Shown: positions 39,436 through 51,089 of the stretch, piece after piece
How the letters are laid out: every line of letters starts with the position of its first letter
Numbering within the stretch: position 1 is the stretch's first letter
Source: Felis catus
Lineage: Eukaryota
DNA: 64,000 bases
NCBI RefSeq assembly: GCF_018350175.1
Contig: NC_058372.1
Coordinates: 4,030,001 to 4,094,000, forward strand
Reading direction: 5' to 3'
Translations under genes and position numbers: made by a program
Notes under the pieces: generated by a model
The model's input: the letters and a program-made list of their open reading frames with translations, nothing else
The model's database searches: none
Told to the model about the DNA's origin: nothing

Positions 39436-39451
39436 AGCTCTGAAAAGAGCC
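39436..39451 (-). terminator. Histone 3' stem-loop (imperfect) of the H2A pseudogene
   Basis: GGCTCTTTTCAGAGCT (terminal C>T), followed by GTTCA rather than ACCCA. Confidence 0.85.
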
Positions 39452-39499
39452 TTTGATTCAGTTGTGGGTTTGTTTTTCTCCATTCTCCGGAAGCGCAGG

Positions 39500-39913
<414 letters not shown>

Positions 39914-39959
39914 CTAAACGGGTTCTAACGGAAAAAATTTCCGTTAGGGCGGGTACAGG

Positions 39960-40115
39960 GCCTATTTATAGTCTGACTTGGGTTGTGATTTGCTATCTGA
40001 TTGGCTGATCGTCTGGGATCCAATCTGAGGGCCTTCCTGGAATCACCTCATGTACCATCATCCAATCAGATGTTGGCTGCCCGATGCGTCATTGAGCGCC
40101 GTGCCTATAAATACC
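39960..40115. promoter_or_regulatory. TH2A/TH2B-type bidirectional promoter
   Basis: TATAAATA on both strands (39963-39970 -, 40106-40113 +), CCAAT boxes at 39997, 40020 and 40062, CRE-like TGCGTCA at 40085; octamer position altered to ATGTACCA (40050-40057). Confidence 0.85.
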
Positions 40116-40165
40116 ACCCTTGCCGCCCTCCAGTCTATTAGTCTGGTCGGAGCTATTCAATAGCG

Positions 40166-40546
40166 ATGGCGGAGCTGATTTTCAACGGCACGACCATTTC
40201 TAAGAAATGCTTCAAGAAAGCTGTAACCAAAACCCAGAAGAAGGAAGGAAAGCGCAGGCGATGCCGCAGGGAGAGCTATTCCGTTTATGTCTACAAGGTG
40301 CTGAAGCAGGTGCACCCCGACACCGGCATCTCGTCCAAGGCCATGAGCACGATGAACTCCTTCGTCGGTGACATCTTCGAGCGCATCGCGGGCGAGGCGT
40401 CGCGCCTGGCGCACTACAACAAGCACTCGACCATCACGTCCCGGGAGATCCAGACGGCCGTGCGCCTGTTGCTGCCCGGGGAGCTGGCCAAGCACGCCGT
40501 GTCCGAGGGCACCAAGGCCGTCACCAAGTACACCAGCGCCAAGTAG
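40166..40546 (+). CDS. Histone H2B type 1-A-like paralogue (second TH2B/H2B.1 copy), 126 aa, intact ORF
   Basis: Complete H2B ORF with a TH2B-type tail ([21 protein letters not shown]), TATA box and downstream stem-loop. Confidence 0.88.
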   Translation: MAELIFNGTTISKKCFKKAVTKTQKKEGKRRRCRRESYSVYVYKVLKQVHPDTGISSKAMSTMNSFVGDIFERIAGEASRLAHYNKHSTITSREIQTAVRLLLPGELAKHAVSEGTKAVTKYTSAK

Positions 40547-40580
40547 GACTCCCATCAGTAGGCAAGGTTTATAACCCAAA

Positions 40581-40618
40581 GGCTCTTTTAAGAGCCACCC
40601 ACAATTCTGAAGGGACTG
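40581..40618 (+). terminator. Histone stem-loop plus downstream purine-rich element
   Basis: CCCAAA-GGCTCTTTTAAGAGCC-ACCCA, then GAAGGGACTG (HDE-like). Confidence 0.92.
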
Positions 40619-41614
40619 TATAAGCTCTTAGTTAATGTGAGTCGGTCTTCATCTAGAGAAACTTATGGTTTTAGCAGCAAATTGATTTCACTGCTTGCCA
40701 AGTTTACTTTGCTCACCGTAGAATATGCTTGAAGAAAATGCTTGAGAAATAACTTTGCACGAGAGTGGTTGCATTATATACATGTTATACATATTTATGT
40801 TATACATATTTATAATGCATGTTATGTATTAAAATATATAATCTATATAATCCTACATCTGCACTTTTCAGTGAGGCTTGAGATCTAGGTGAAGCAATTT
40901 GGAAAGGGGAGTCATTTGAACAGAAGTTGCAATAATCCTGTGTCCTTGGAGGAGAGGTCCTTCCATGGGCCGTGAGGGCCATGGGAATATGGCTCGCCTT
41001 TCTCTAGGAGTCTTAGTTTTAAGTACCCTCTCAGATTACCAGGCAAGGAGCCTGGAGCTGTGGAAAAACTCAGGACAGTCTAGTACCCGAGCATTAGGTT
41101 ATTACCTGTTTTGCTTCCACTTTACATTGGCTGGTGTGTGAAAAATGTCCTGTGGATCAGGCTAGCTGTCCATTAACTGCTGATACTTGAGGACCAAAGC
41201 TCAGTTTGTTGATCTGACTTAATTTGAACATTTATTGCCATCCCTAAACTGGGCTATTTGTTGAACAGATTGACAAGAGTGTGGAGATCTTGCCGCGACA
41301 CCTAATTCACATGTGTTACCCGATAGTCAGGCTAACCACAATCAGCCTGGCAAACAGATAACGTGAGTTGAGTTGACTCTCTTTTGCATAACTTCTTACA
41401 AGTTATAATAGGATCATCTTTGTTTTGTGATTGGATCATTAAACTCGCATTTGTGCTATTACTGGACTCAAATACCGAGACGTCCCAAATCGGGTCATAT
41501 GGTATTTATCAAAATAGGATGCCCAGTATTCAAGTCACGTGACTTTGGGTACAAGATCATAATCATCTGGATGCTTCTTAGAGAGCCCACAAGCATTTAA
41601 AGAAAATCAGTGAT

Positions 41615-41790
41615 GGGGCACCTGGGTGGTTCAGTCGGTTAAGCATCTGACCGTTGGTTTTAGCTCACGTCATGATCTCACATTTCGCTGACAGTGCGGA
41701 GCCTGCTTGGGATTCTCTCTCTTTACCCCTCCCCAACTCTCACTCTTTCTCAATCAATAAAAAATCAATAAATCAATAAACTTAAAAAAG
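41615..41790 (+). mobile_element. SINEC
   Basis: Typical; flanking atcagtgat repeat. Confidence 0.85.
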
Positions 41791-41942
41791 GATCAGTGAT
41801 AAAGGCCATAGAAATGGACATTAAAAAGAAGGGATCAAATTATTATAACTACTTCCCAGAGACCTGTGGTCTATCTGGAGTCCCCAATTTGACTGTTAAT
41901 TTCTATTTTTATTCTTCCCTTTTAAAAAATAGATTTAATGTT

Positions 41943-42150
41943 GGGGCGCCTGGGTGGCTCAGTCGGTTAAGCGGCCGACTTCGACTCAGGTCATGATCTC
42001 GCAGTCTGTGAGTTCGAGCCCCGCGTCGGGCTCTGTGCTGACAGCTCAGAGCCTGGAGCCTGTTTCAGATTCTGTGTCTCCCTCTCTCTGACCCTCCCCC
42101 GTTCATGCTCTGTCTCTCTCTGTCTCAAAAATAAATAAACGTTAAAAAAT
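41943..42150 (+). mobile_element. SINEC_Fc
   Basis: Near-consensus; TSD aaaaatagatttaatg. Confidence 0.95.
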
Positions 42151-42399
42151 TTTTTTTTAAAAATAGATTTAATGCATATACATTTTTGCAGAGAAAAACC
42201 CAAACCTTAGCACCATTTGATTAAATATGTGTAGTAAAAATTCATAGGAGAAAAGTATCACGTGCTTCTGTACATAGCAAGACAGCCGCTGAACGCCTTA
42301 GCTGGGGGTCCTTCAGGGAGCTAGCAGATGGGACATCTGTGCCACACTGTATAGGAAAGGGGCATCATCTCCAGTCGGGGTCAAGCTGCACTGATTATA

Positions 42400-43400
42400 C
42401 CTTATGAAACAGCCGGTATCCACACAGTTCCCACAGTCTTTATCAACTCTGGAGTTGAAAGGTATCATTTTTTGGTCTGGTGCTTTCCTTTATCAGCGTG
42501 TATTTAAGATTCATCCATTTTTGTTATGTGGATTAATATCTTGTTGCTTTTTATCACTGAATAACTCTGCTGTATGGATATACCACAGTTTGTCTATCCA
42601 TTTACCTATTGCAAGGGATTGGTTCCTTCCACTTTTTAGCCCTTGTAAGTAAAGTTGTTATAAATACTTGTGTGCAGGTTTGGGGCGCCCTGGGTGGCTC
42701 AGTCCGTTAAGCGTCTGACTTTGACGCAGGTCATGATCTCAGGGTCCGTGAGTTCGAGCCCCGAATCGGGCTCTGTGCTGACAGCTCGGAGCCTGCTTCA
42801 GATCCTCTGTCTCCCTCTCTCTACCCACCCCCCATCTGTCTGCCTGTCTGTCTCCCTCGAAAGTAAATAAATGTTAAATAAATAAAAGTAAATACTTGTG
42901 TGCAGGCTTGTGTGGACATAGTTTCAGACCGTTGGGAAAATGTCACCAGGAGCACAGTTGCTGGCTTGGATGTTTAGCTGTGTGAGGAACTCTTTGATTG
43001 TCTTCCATAGTGACTGTGCCTTTGAGCATTCTCACAAGGGGTGAACGAGAATTCTTGTTCCATACCCTCGTCAGCATTTGGTAATGTCATGTGTTGGATT
43101 TTAGCCGTTCTAGTAGGTGTATAATATCTCGTTGTTTAATTTGTATTTCCCTAAGGACAGTTATGTTGAGGATCTTGTGATACGCTTGTCTGACATCTGT
43201 ATATATTTTTGGGCAGCTGTCTGTCCAGATCTTTTGCCTGTTCTTTAATTGGGTTTACTTTACTCTTGAGTTTCAGGCGTTTTGAAAAATATGTTCTGGA
43301 TACAAGTCCTTTAGAAGATACATGATCTTCAAATATTTTCTCCATCTGTGGTCTGTCTTTTCATTCTCTTACCAGTGTCTTTCGCAGAGCCTATGTTGTT
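42400..43400 (-). mobile_element. Old L1M 3' fragment with nested SINEC (42682-42885 +)
   Basis: ORF 43151-43345 EKIFEDHVSSKGLVSRTY resembles the L1 ORF2 C-terminus; SINE TSD aaatacttgtgtgcagg. Confidence 0.8.
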
Positions 43401-43409
43401 AATTTCAAA

Positions 43410-43671
43410 AATGTCCAGTAGAAATATAATGCAAGCCACAAATACTGGCCACATATGTCGCTTGAAACTTTCCAGTAGCCACATTCAAGGTACAAAAAAG
43501 AAACAGGTGAAAGTAATTTTAGTCAAACATTTTGTTTAATATACCAAAAATATTATAATTTCAGTGACTCAGTCGGTGAAGCATCTGACTTTGGCTCAGG
43601 TCATGATCTTACGGTTCGCGAGTTTGAGTCCCACATCGGGTGACATCAAGCCCCGCTTTGGGTGAGCCCTG

Positions 43672-43711
<40 letters not shown>

Positions 43712-43905
43712 CCTCTCTCCCTCTCTCTCCGCTTCTCACTCACTTGCCCCCCATCTCAAAATAAGGGTATAATTTCAACATGTAATAAACAGAAAAATTA
43801 TAAAATTAGGGTTTTGAAATCCCATGTGCATTTTGCTCTTATGGCATGTCTTAGTTCAGGCCTGCAACATTTCAAGCGCTCAATTACATGTGGCTAGTGG
43901 ACACT
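43410..43905. mobile_element. MER3/MER33-like hAT-Charlie element with nested SINEC (about 43565-43765)
   Basis: tgtccagtagaaatataatgcaagccaca ... catttcaagcgctcaattacatgtggctagtgg. Confidence 0.7.
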
Positions 43906-45057
43906 AGACTAAACTCTCTCTCCAGGCAGCCTAAACCGTGCCCCTCGCGCTAAATACCTATGGCAGACGCACAAATCAATCTCTGCGGTCCCACGCTCTC
44001 CATGAATTCTAACCAGTAACTTCAGCTGCTTACTCCTCAGCATCACTTCTCTGCTATCACACAGCCACCTCTGAATTCTCCCCGCGAGGATTCGCAATGT
44101 CCCCTGACAGAGCGTTTTCAATCTCCGTGGTTCGTTGCACCCATGGGGCCGCCCCATTCGCACGGTTGTTCAAGCCAGAAATGTGGTATTTTTCCTGGTT
44201 AGTTCCTTTGTTCAGCCTCTGCTTCAATATGTCTGCAAGCTACGTGGATTTTATTTCCTGTATGTTTCTGTCGTGTGATTACTTTCCACCGTCTCCACCG
44301 CCACCGTGTTTGTCCAGACCCCGCCATCTAGGGCACACATGGATTACTGTCCCTCCCTAGTCTCAGTGCTCTTAATCTTGTCTCCCTAAAACCCACTCTC
44401 TGCTCAACTGACAAAGTAGTCTTAGAGGAGAAAACTTTTCGTTTTCACTAACCATTACCTGAAATTTAGCATTCCTTTCCATCAAGAATACCGAAGAGCA
44501 ACGAGGGCAGTCAGATTAGCCATACTGGTGGCCTCGTTGACAAGGAAATCACAGCTGTAGTCCCAGCACTTCATCGCGGTTACAGATCTCTCAGGACATT
44601 GTTTATGCTCACAAGAACCTCAAAATGTTGTAATTGTTATTTTGCTATTTGAAGTGCGAATGAAGAAGCACAAATACTACTATAGCAAACATTTTAAAGC
44701 TATTTTGGAAACTATTTCAATCTGGCACTATTTTTTTTGTTAAATATGTACTTAGGTATTTCTTCTAAGAAGATGTATATAGGATCAATTAGACTTCAAA
44801 GGAAATCCATAGTACAATAAATTAAGAACGCCTGCTTAAGGATTCCAGCAAACATCTTACGCATAAAGGAGACAGATGACAGAAAAAATCAGATGGCAGA
44901 ATTCCCCTCATATTCCACTTGGGATCAGATGACTGAATCTTCCTTAGTGTTAGACAGATTCCTTCCTCAAGGATGCCGATTCTCTGGTGACGGGATACTG
45001 GGGTTACTAAGGTACCCCATTCTGTTCGTGCACATGTGTCTGCCAGAAACATACATC

Positions 45058-45486
45058 TTTTTTTTAATGTTTATTTTGTTTATTTTTAATCTTTGTTAAT
45101 GTTTCTTTTTGAGAGAGAGAGAGCACAAGCAGGGGAGGGGCAGAGAGAGAGGGAGACACAGAATGGGAAGCAGGCTCCAGGCTCTGAGCCATCAGCACAG
45201 AGCCCGATGCGGGGCTCAAACTCATGAACCGTGAGGTCATGACCTGAGCCGAAGTCAGACGCTTAACCGACTGAGCCATCCAGGAGCTCCCGTTTTATTT
45301 ATTTTTGAGAGAGGGGTAGAGAGCAAGCGGGGGAGGGGCAGAGAGAGAGGGAGACAGAATCCCAAGCAGGCTCTGTGCTGCCAGCACAGAACCCAGTGCA
45401 GGGCTTGAACCCCAAACCATGAGATCGCGACCTGAGCCGAAACCAAGAATCGGACGCTTAACTGACCGAGCCACCCAGGTGCTCCA
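45058..45486 (-). mobile_element. Two tandem SINECs
   Basis: Reverse elements at about 45058-45290 and 45293-45486. Confidence 0.9.
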
Positions 45487-45654
45487 GAAGCACACATCAT
45501 CATCATCATTGTAGTTTTTATCAATGAAACAGAATGTCTCCCATTACTTGTGCCGCCCGCCCCCGAACGTGATTGGAGATGAAGAGCTGAAGAACATCAG
45601 GGGTCAGATGAGAGCTAACCTTTCCTGGAGGGCGAGTCCGAATCAGGAGACTCC

Positions 45655-46100
45655 GTTTGTCGGTTTCCCCAGGGCAGCTGCAACAAGTTACCACAAACTG
45701 GGTGGCTTAAAACAACAAATCTGTTCTTTCACTGTTTTGAAAGCCAGAAGTCCAAAATCAGACGGCCGGCAGGGCTGGCTCTCCGTGGAGGCTCTGAGGG
45801 AGGATGTGTCCCATGTCTCTCCCCGGGCTGCTGGTGGCGGCCGGCAATCTTGGGTGTCCTTGGCTTGCAGCCGCCTCGCTCCAGTCTCTGGCCGCCTCAG
45901 GTTTCCCGTGGCCCCCCTGTTCTGCATCTCTGTGTCTGTGAGTTCCCTCGCCTGTCTCTTATTAGGATACCTTAAATCCAGGATGATCTCCTCTCGTGAT
46001 TCTTTTAATTACATCTTAATTATAGCCCATATACAAACAAGGTACCGGGGATCGGGACCGGGACATGTCCTTTTACGGGACGCGGCTGAACCCATCATAC
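45655..46100. mobile_element. MLT1 (MaLR) LTR
   Basis: gcaacaagttaccacaaactgggtggcttaaaacaaca..gccagaagtccaaaatca is diagnostic of MLT1. Confidence 0.8.
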
Positions 46101-46244
46101 ATCACAAATTAACAAGCTGCCCCAAAGGTTTGGCTTAACGTGGGTTCGCTCAAAATTTGCATCACGCTACCTGGGCTGACGTGACTGACTGATGACTGGG
46201 CAAATGACTCTCTTTTGTCTAGGGGAGTGGGCAGGCATCGGGTC

Positions 46245-46544
46245 TCAGAACCTCTGGAACTGGCTCTTGGTGCCAGCGGGTCTGGTGACCTTGAGCGTGG
46301 ACCCGGACTGGCCCATCTGCCTACATGACGATGTCACTGATCCGGCCATCCCTGGGCAGGGGGACAGGTGCAGGGACACGTTCTTGTCGATGTAGGCGGC
46401 CTCGGTGGCTCTCCGGGACATCTGGAAGCCCAGACTGATGTCCTTATGGAGCTTCTCCTGGCCAGTTTCTCCACGCGGAACCTTGTTATTTTGAAAGATG
46501 GCCAGCAGCTTTGAGTAGGCATGCTCAGCCTGGATGTGTACTGT
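46245..46544 (-). pseudogene. RPS11: RPS11 processed pseudogene, start lost, internal deletion
   Basis: HIQAEHAYSKLLAIFQNNKVPRGETGQEKL..ISLGF..YIDK|NVSLHLSPC..LKVTRPAGTKSQFQRF* aligns to RPS11 (DIQTERAYQKQPTIFQNKK..GETGKEKL..LKVTKAAGTKKQFQKF); intronless. Confidence 0.92.
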
Positions 46545-46585
46545 CTTCCAGATCACCTGAGAAAAAGCTGGACTGAAGTATTTTT

Positions 46586-46795
46586 AGGGGTGCACGCGTG
46601 GCTGTCGGTTGAGCTAAGCATCTGGCTTAATTTGGGCTCAGGTCGTGATCTCATAATTCATGAGATCCAGCCCTGCGTTGGTCGGGCTCTGTACCGACAG
46701 CGTGGAACCTGCTTAGGATTCTCTCTCCCTCACTCTCTCTGCCCCTCCTCTGCACACTCTCTCTCTCTCTCTCTCTCTCAAAATAAATAAACTTT
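46586..46795 (+). mobile_element. SINEC
   Basis: TSD aaaagctggact(g/a)aagta. Confidence 0.9.
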
Positions 46796-47229
46796 TTTAA
46801 AAAGCTGGACTAAAGTAGTTTAGACTAAATTATAGACCATGCAAAGCCTTCTATGGGCATTTATATCTCCCTCATTCACGACTGACTGAGAACGTGAGTG
46901 TTCTGTCTACCTCGCTGTACTAGAAGGGAAACACAGAGTAAGGTTCTGTCTGGTTCTCTGACACACACACCTTCATTCACTGAGCAGATGTTTGCAGAAT
47001 AGAGAAAGGGAAACAATTTTAAAACCCTTTCGGAAAACTAAGGAATAATAATAAAATGCAGCCACTTGGCCTGACTGGCCCTCCGCTAGAGGGAGAGCGG
47101 TGGTGCCTGCCGGGGCAGCGGTGAGGATGTCAGCTGGTCTGGCTCACGCTGGCCCCGCTCCCTGGGAGGCTTTCCCTGGCCCCGCATACCCTCAAGGTCC
47201 TGTCTGAGAAAAGGCTGGCAAGTTTCTCC

Positions 47230-47437
47230 TTTTTTTTTTTTATTATTATTTATTTTGCAAGAGAGAGAGGGAGCACAAGTGGGGGAGGAACAGAGAGGGA
47301 AAGAGAGAATCGGCAAGCAGGCCCCGTGCTTTCAGCACAGAGCCCAGTGTGGGGCTTGAACTCACGAACTGTGAGATCACGACCTGATCTGAAATCAAGA
47401 GTCAGATGCTTCATTGACGGAGCCGCCCCGGTGCCCC
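47230..47437 (-). mobile_element. SINEC
   Basis: TSD aagtttctccttt. Confidence 0.9.
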
Positions 47438-48326
47438 GGAAGTTTCTCCTTTGAGAGTGGCACCAATGGAGGTTTTTCTCCTGTTCAGGCTGGGAGGCAT
47501 TATGATGGCTTTAGGGTAAGGACAGCATCCGGGCTTCTCCGGGGACCGAGGTGCTCTGTCCTTTTCCCAGGCCTCCCCTTACGGGCACTCATTGTGCTCT
47601 CTGCTCTGTAACCAACCAGCACTACAGCCTAGAATTAGAGAGAGACAGGGAGTTCTCCCCCGCTTCCAGGGCAGATCCCGACAGGGAATCCTTTCAGGCC
47701 ACACAGCTGGAGGTACAGGGGGAGGTGGGTAGGGGTAGGGGGGGGACACGTCAGGGATCCTCTTGCCCCAGGTCCCACACCAAACCCTCCTGTATCGAAG
47801 GCAGAGCCCGGCTCAGTGGCGGCCCCGTCCTCAGAAAATTCTGTCTTGCCAATCTCTTACTCAGGGATTGAGATGACGTCAACAGGCAGACAGCACCTTT
47901 CTAAAAACACACGTTTTAAAATCCATTTTGAAACAACAACAAAAAACCATTTTTTTTTCTCCTTTCATATGGATTGTCTTAGACTAAAGCTTTCCTCTTC
48001 TCTGTCTGAAATGGCTGGTCTTCAGAGGTCACAAACCCATTCCAGCCTCCTCTGTGCCACTGAGTTCCCTAAAGCTGGGCTCTTGGCCTGCGTTTGGTCT
48101 GCAAGTCTTATCTAAGGAGAGACCATTTGGCCAGCTGCTATGCTTTGCTAATAACAATAGTTTGCAAGTTCCTGGTGGAGAATGAAGAAATGACGTGTAT
48201 GTCTCAGCCACTCTCACATGTTAATGAAGATTCAGAATATTTCCAGAACCTGTGGGAATAAGGTGAACCATAGCTCAGAGGAAAAAAAGATAGTTTCAAT
48301 GCTTATATTAATAAAAAGCATAAATA

Positions 48327-49603
48327 CAGGCAGTTCTTCAGGTGGTACGAAATCTTAAAAATGACAACGCAAGGCGATCTTAAGAAATGGGGAAAATCAT
48401 GATTTTTCCATAATATTTGAACATTTTTATCTGGACATTTAAAAACTCCCTTAACTCTCTATTATAATTATGGAAGGAAGTGAAAAAAATATTTAGGAAG
48501 TTGTAATTTAAAATATTAAGGAACACCTGGGTGGCTTAGTCGGTTAAGGCTCCAACTCTTGGTTTCGGTTCAGGTCATGATCTCTCAACTCGGGAGATCG
48601 AGGCCCGCATCGGGCTCTGCGACAGCACAGAGCTTGCTTGGGATGCTCTGTCTCCCTCTGTCGCTGCCCCTCCCCCATTCATACTCTCTCTGTCTCAAAG
48701 ATAAACATTAAAAAAAAAAAGAATATTTAAAAAAATAAAATACAATATGAAAACAATGAGAAAGTGTCATTTCTTTTTAAAAAACTTACTGAAAGAGGTT
48801 GAACAGTGGTCGCCGCTTTCTGGTCCTGTAACTTAGGATACAGAGTAAGCGTCTTTTCTGTGCCTTGCTGAATCGTCATGTCTCTTTCTAAATCCGGATC
48901 AGCTTCCAACATGTTATTCTTTGTATTTTCAATGTTGTGAAATCCCTTTGAGAATCCCTGTCGTACGAAGTGTTTTGCCAGTCACTTTCTCTGGAACGGC
49001 TTCATCCTTTTCGACACAAACACTTTCTAATTTAGGTCAAGTTCGCTGTCCCGGAGTTCCTCTGCTAGTCTCCATTGTGAGGGCCCCAGCCACCCTACTG
49101 CCGGCTCTTTCTTCTAGAATGCCATTTATATTCCACTCGAATTCCACTGGTAGGGTTATTACTTTCCATTTTGTTGTTATACTTTCATCTTGGTGGCTAA
49201 CTCTCTTTTGATTATCATTTTTTGTCGGGCACAATGATCACTGGGAGATAAAGCGGCAACTAAAAGTACATGCTTTCTATTTTGCACAGACAGGGTAACA
49301 CGTGCACTGTCCAGGGACAACACATTTTACAATAAGTGACAGGATAAGTCACATGATAGATCACGATGCACATCTGTTATTTGTACAGTGACTTGTGAAC
49401 TGAAGATCCAGCAATGAAGTTTGTCATTTAGACAGTGACTCACTAAATGTGAGTTGAAATGTGAACTGTGTTGTTGGGCAGTTGGTGGTGTTTAACTGAT
49501 CTGTGGAAACTGATCGTTTCTTGGCCTTTTGGCTAAGATCAAGTTGCCAACTGTGGAAACTGAAATTCATTTCTATCAAAACCACGCACCGTGAGAAGTG
49601 TCT
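48327..49603 (-). mobile_element. Tigger (Tigger13-like) DNA transposon remnant with nested SINEC (48520-48720) and U2 retrocopy
   Basis: TA-CAGGCAGT left end; ORF 48727-48912 MLEADPDLERDMTIQQGTEKTLTLYPKL resembles a Tigger transposase C-terminus. Confidence 0.6.
49513..49544 (+). pseudogene. RNU2: 3'-truncated U2 snRNA retrocopy
   Basis: ATCGTTTCTTGGCCTTTTGGCTAAGATCAAGT matches U2 nt 1-32 with 2 mismatches; flanked by the direct repeat CTGTGGAAACTG (49501-49512, 49551-49562). Confidence 0.92.
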
Positions 49604-49791
49604 TTGTGAAGGAAGCACTCCCCTAAAGAAGCTAGGAGAAATCACAATAAAATGAATCCGTGGAAGGCGAAGTGGTAAATGATGGAAAGCCTAGAAGAAA
49701 ATAATTGGGAAAAAGAAAAATGGAACTGGTTTTATATTTTTCATTACAGTAAAATTATAATAAATGCAAAAGGTAAAGAAATCACAAATAT

Positions 49792-50000
49792 GGGTACCTG
49801 GGTCGCTCAGTCGGCTAAGCATCTGACTCTCGATTGTGGCTCAGGTCATGATCTCACAGTTCATGGATTCAAGGTCCACTCCAGGCTCTGCGCGGACAGT
49901 GCGGAGCCTGCTTGGGATTCCCTCTCTTTCCCTCTTTCTCTGCCCCTCCCCCTCAGTCTCCCTCCCTCTCTCTCTCTCTCAAAATAAATGAACTTAAAAA
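49792..50000 (+). mobile_element. SINEC
   Basis: Typical body and tail. Confidence 0.9.
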
Positions 50001-50317
50001 AAACAAAAGGGACAATGAAGTTCTCAGGGAAGGTGTTTCTTACTCTCAGAGACCCAGTAAAATAGTGCGTCTCTTCTAGCCTTTACTTCGTCCCATCTGC
50101 ATGAACACTTGGACCCGGAACCAGCATGAGGAGTGAGTCAGGGTGTAAAGAGCTGAGGTGATCAGGGCGACGGAGCCAGCGCTCTGATCATCCCACTCCT
50201 GAAATTTCTGTGCCTTTGGGCATTGTGATCAGCGACATCATTACGCCAACTTGTTCATTGGGTGCTTCCTGTTATTTGCGGCCAAAACATAATCTGAGGT
50301 GAAAGCTGAGTCAGGTA

Positions 50318-50600
50318 TGGTCTGAAAAGAGCTGTTTTTATTAACATTCTTACTTTCCTTTTGCCCACATAATCCTGAGGGACTTTGGGTAAATCAGGGT
50401 AGCCTGTAGAGTGGTCACACAGTTGACAGGGGATGTGGGAGCTATGTGCTGTCTGCTGTTTCCCAGTCTTACTGGGGCGACTGGGATCCCTGATGAGACA
50501 CACTGTTGCTCCTCACTTCGTGGGCACAGATGTCCCATGTCTGTTCCTTGAGGACCCCCCACTAAGGCATGCAAGGGTACCAAGGCAGTTTCACTGTGCA
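50318..50600 (-). pseudogene. Ancient H2A 3' remnant with degenerate stem-loop
   Basis: Frame ends LQATLIYPKSLRIMWAKGK* (compare [19 protein letters not shown]), followed within 20 nt by AAAAAC-AGCTCTTTTCAGACCA. Confidence 0.45.
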
Positions 50601-51037
50601 CATAGGTGTGGGACGCTTCATTTTATAGGATTTTCTAGGATTTTACCGCGTGCTAATTTTTTTGTCAAGTGGTGCTAAAGTTTTATCTCATGCAAAGAAA
50701 TGTATACCTATATAGTATTTATATATTTAAAAACATTTAAATCATAAAAATGATAGAAGTTGAGGATTTGAGCCAAACCACAGGTTTTACTGGAAGTCGT
50801 TTGGTTCCTTCTTTAAGGTTGTTAAATTCAACTTTAATACTTGGCCTCCTCTGAGAGAGGCCAGAGGAGCCAGGACACAAACACCATGATCAACCCTACC
50901 ACAGAACAAGTGATAACGTGTAGAAAAACAAGGTCAAAAGGGAAGCGATTCAGTTAAGTTAGTTTCCCAGTCGGTTGTGTAGTATCTAACTGCTCAATCG
51001 AGGTGGAGTGCACACCCCTAATTCAGAGGAAATTAGC

Positions 51038-51053
51038 GGCTCTGAAAAGAGCC
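51038..51053 (-). terminator. Histone 3' stem-loop of H2BC1
   Basis: CCCAAA-GGCTCTTTTCAGAGCC. Confidence 0.95.
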
Positions 51054-51089
51054 TTTGGGGTTGAGTAAGAGAGCGCTTACTTGGCGAGT

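Noticed and set aside
45524-46138. 204-aa ORF
   Set aside because: Lies almost entirely within an MLT1 LTR.
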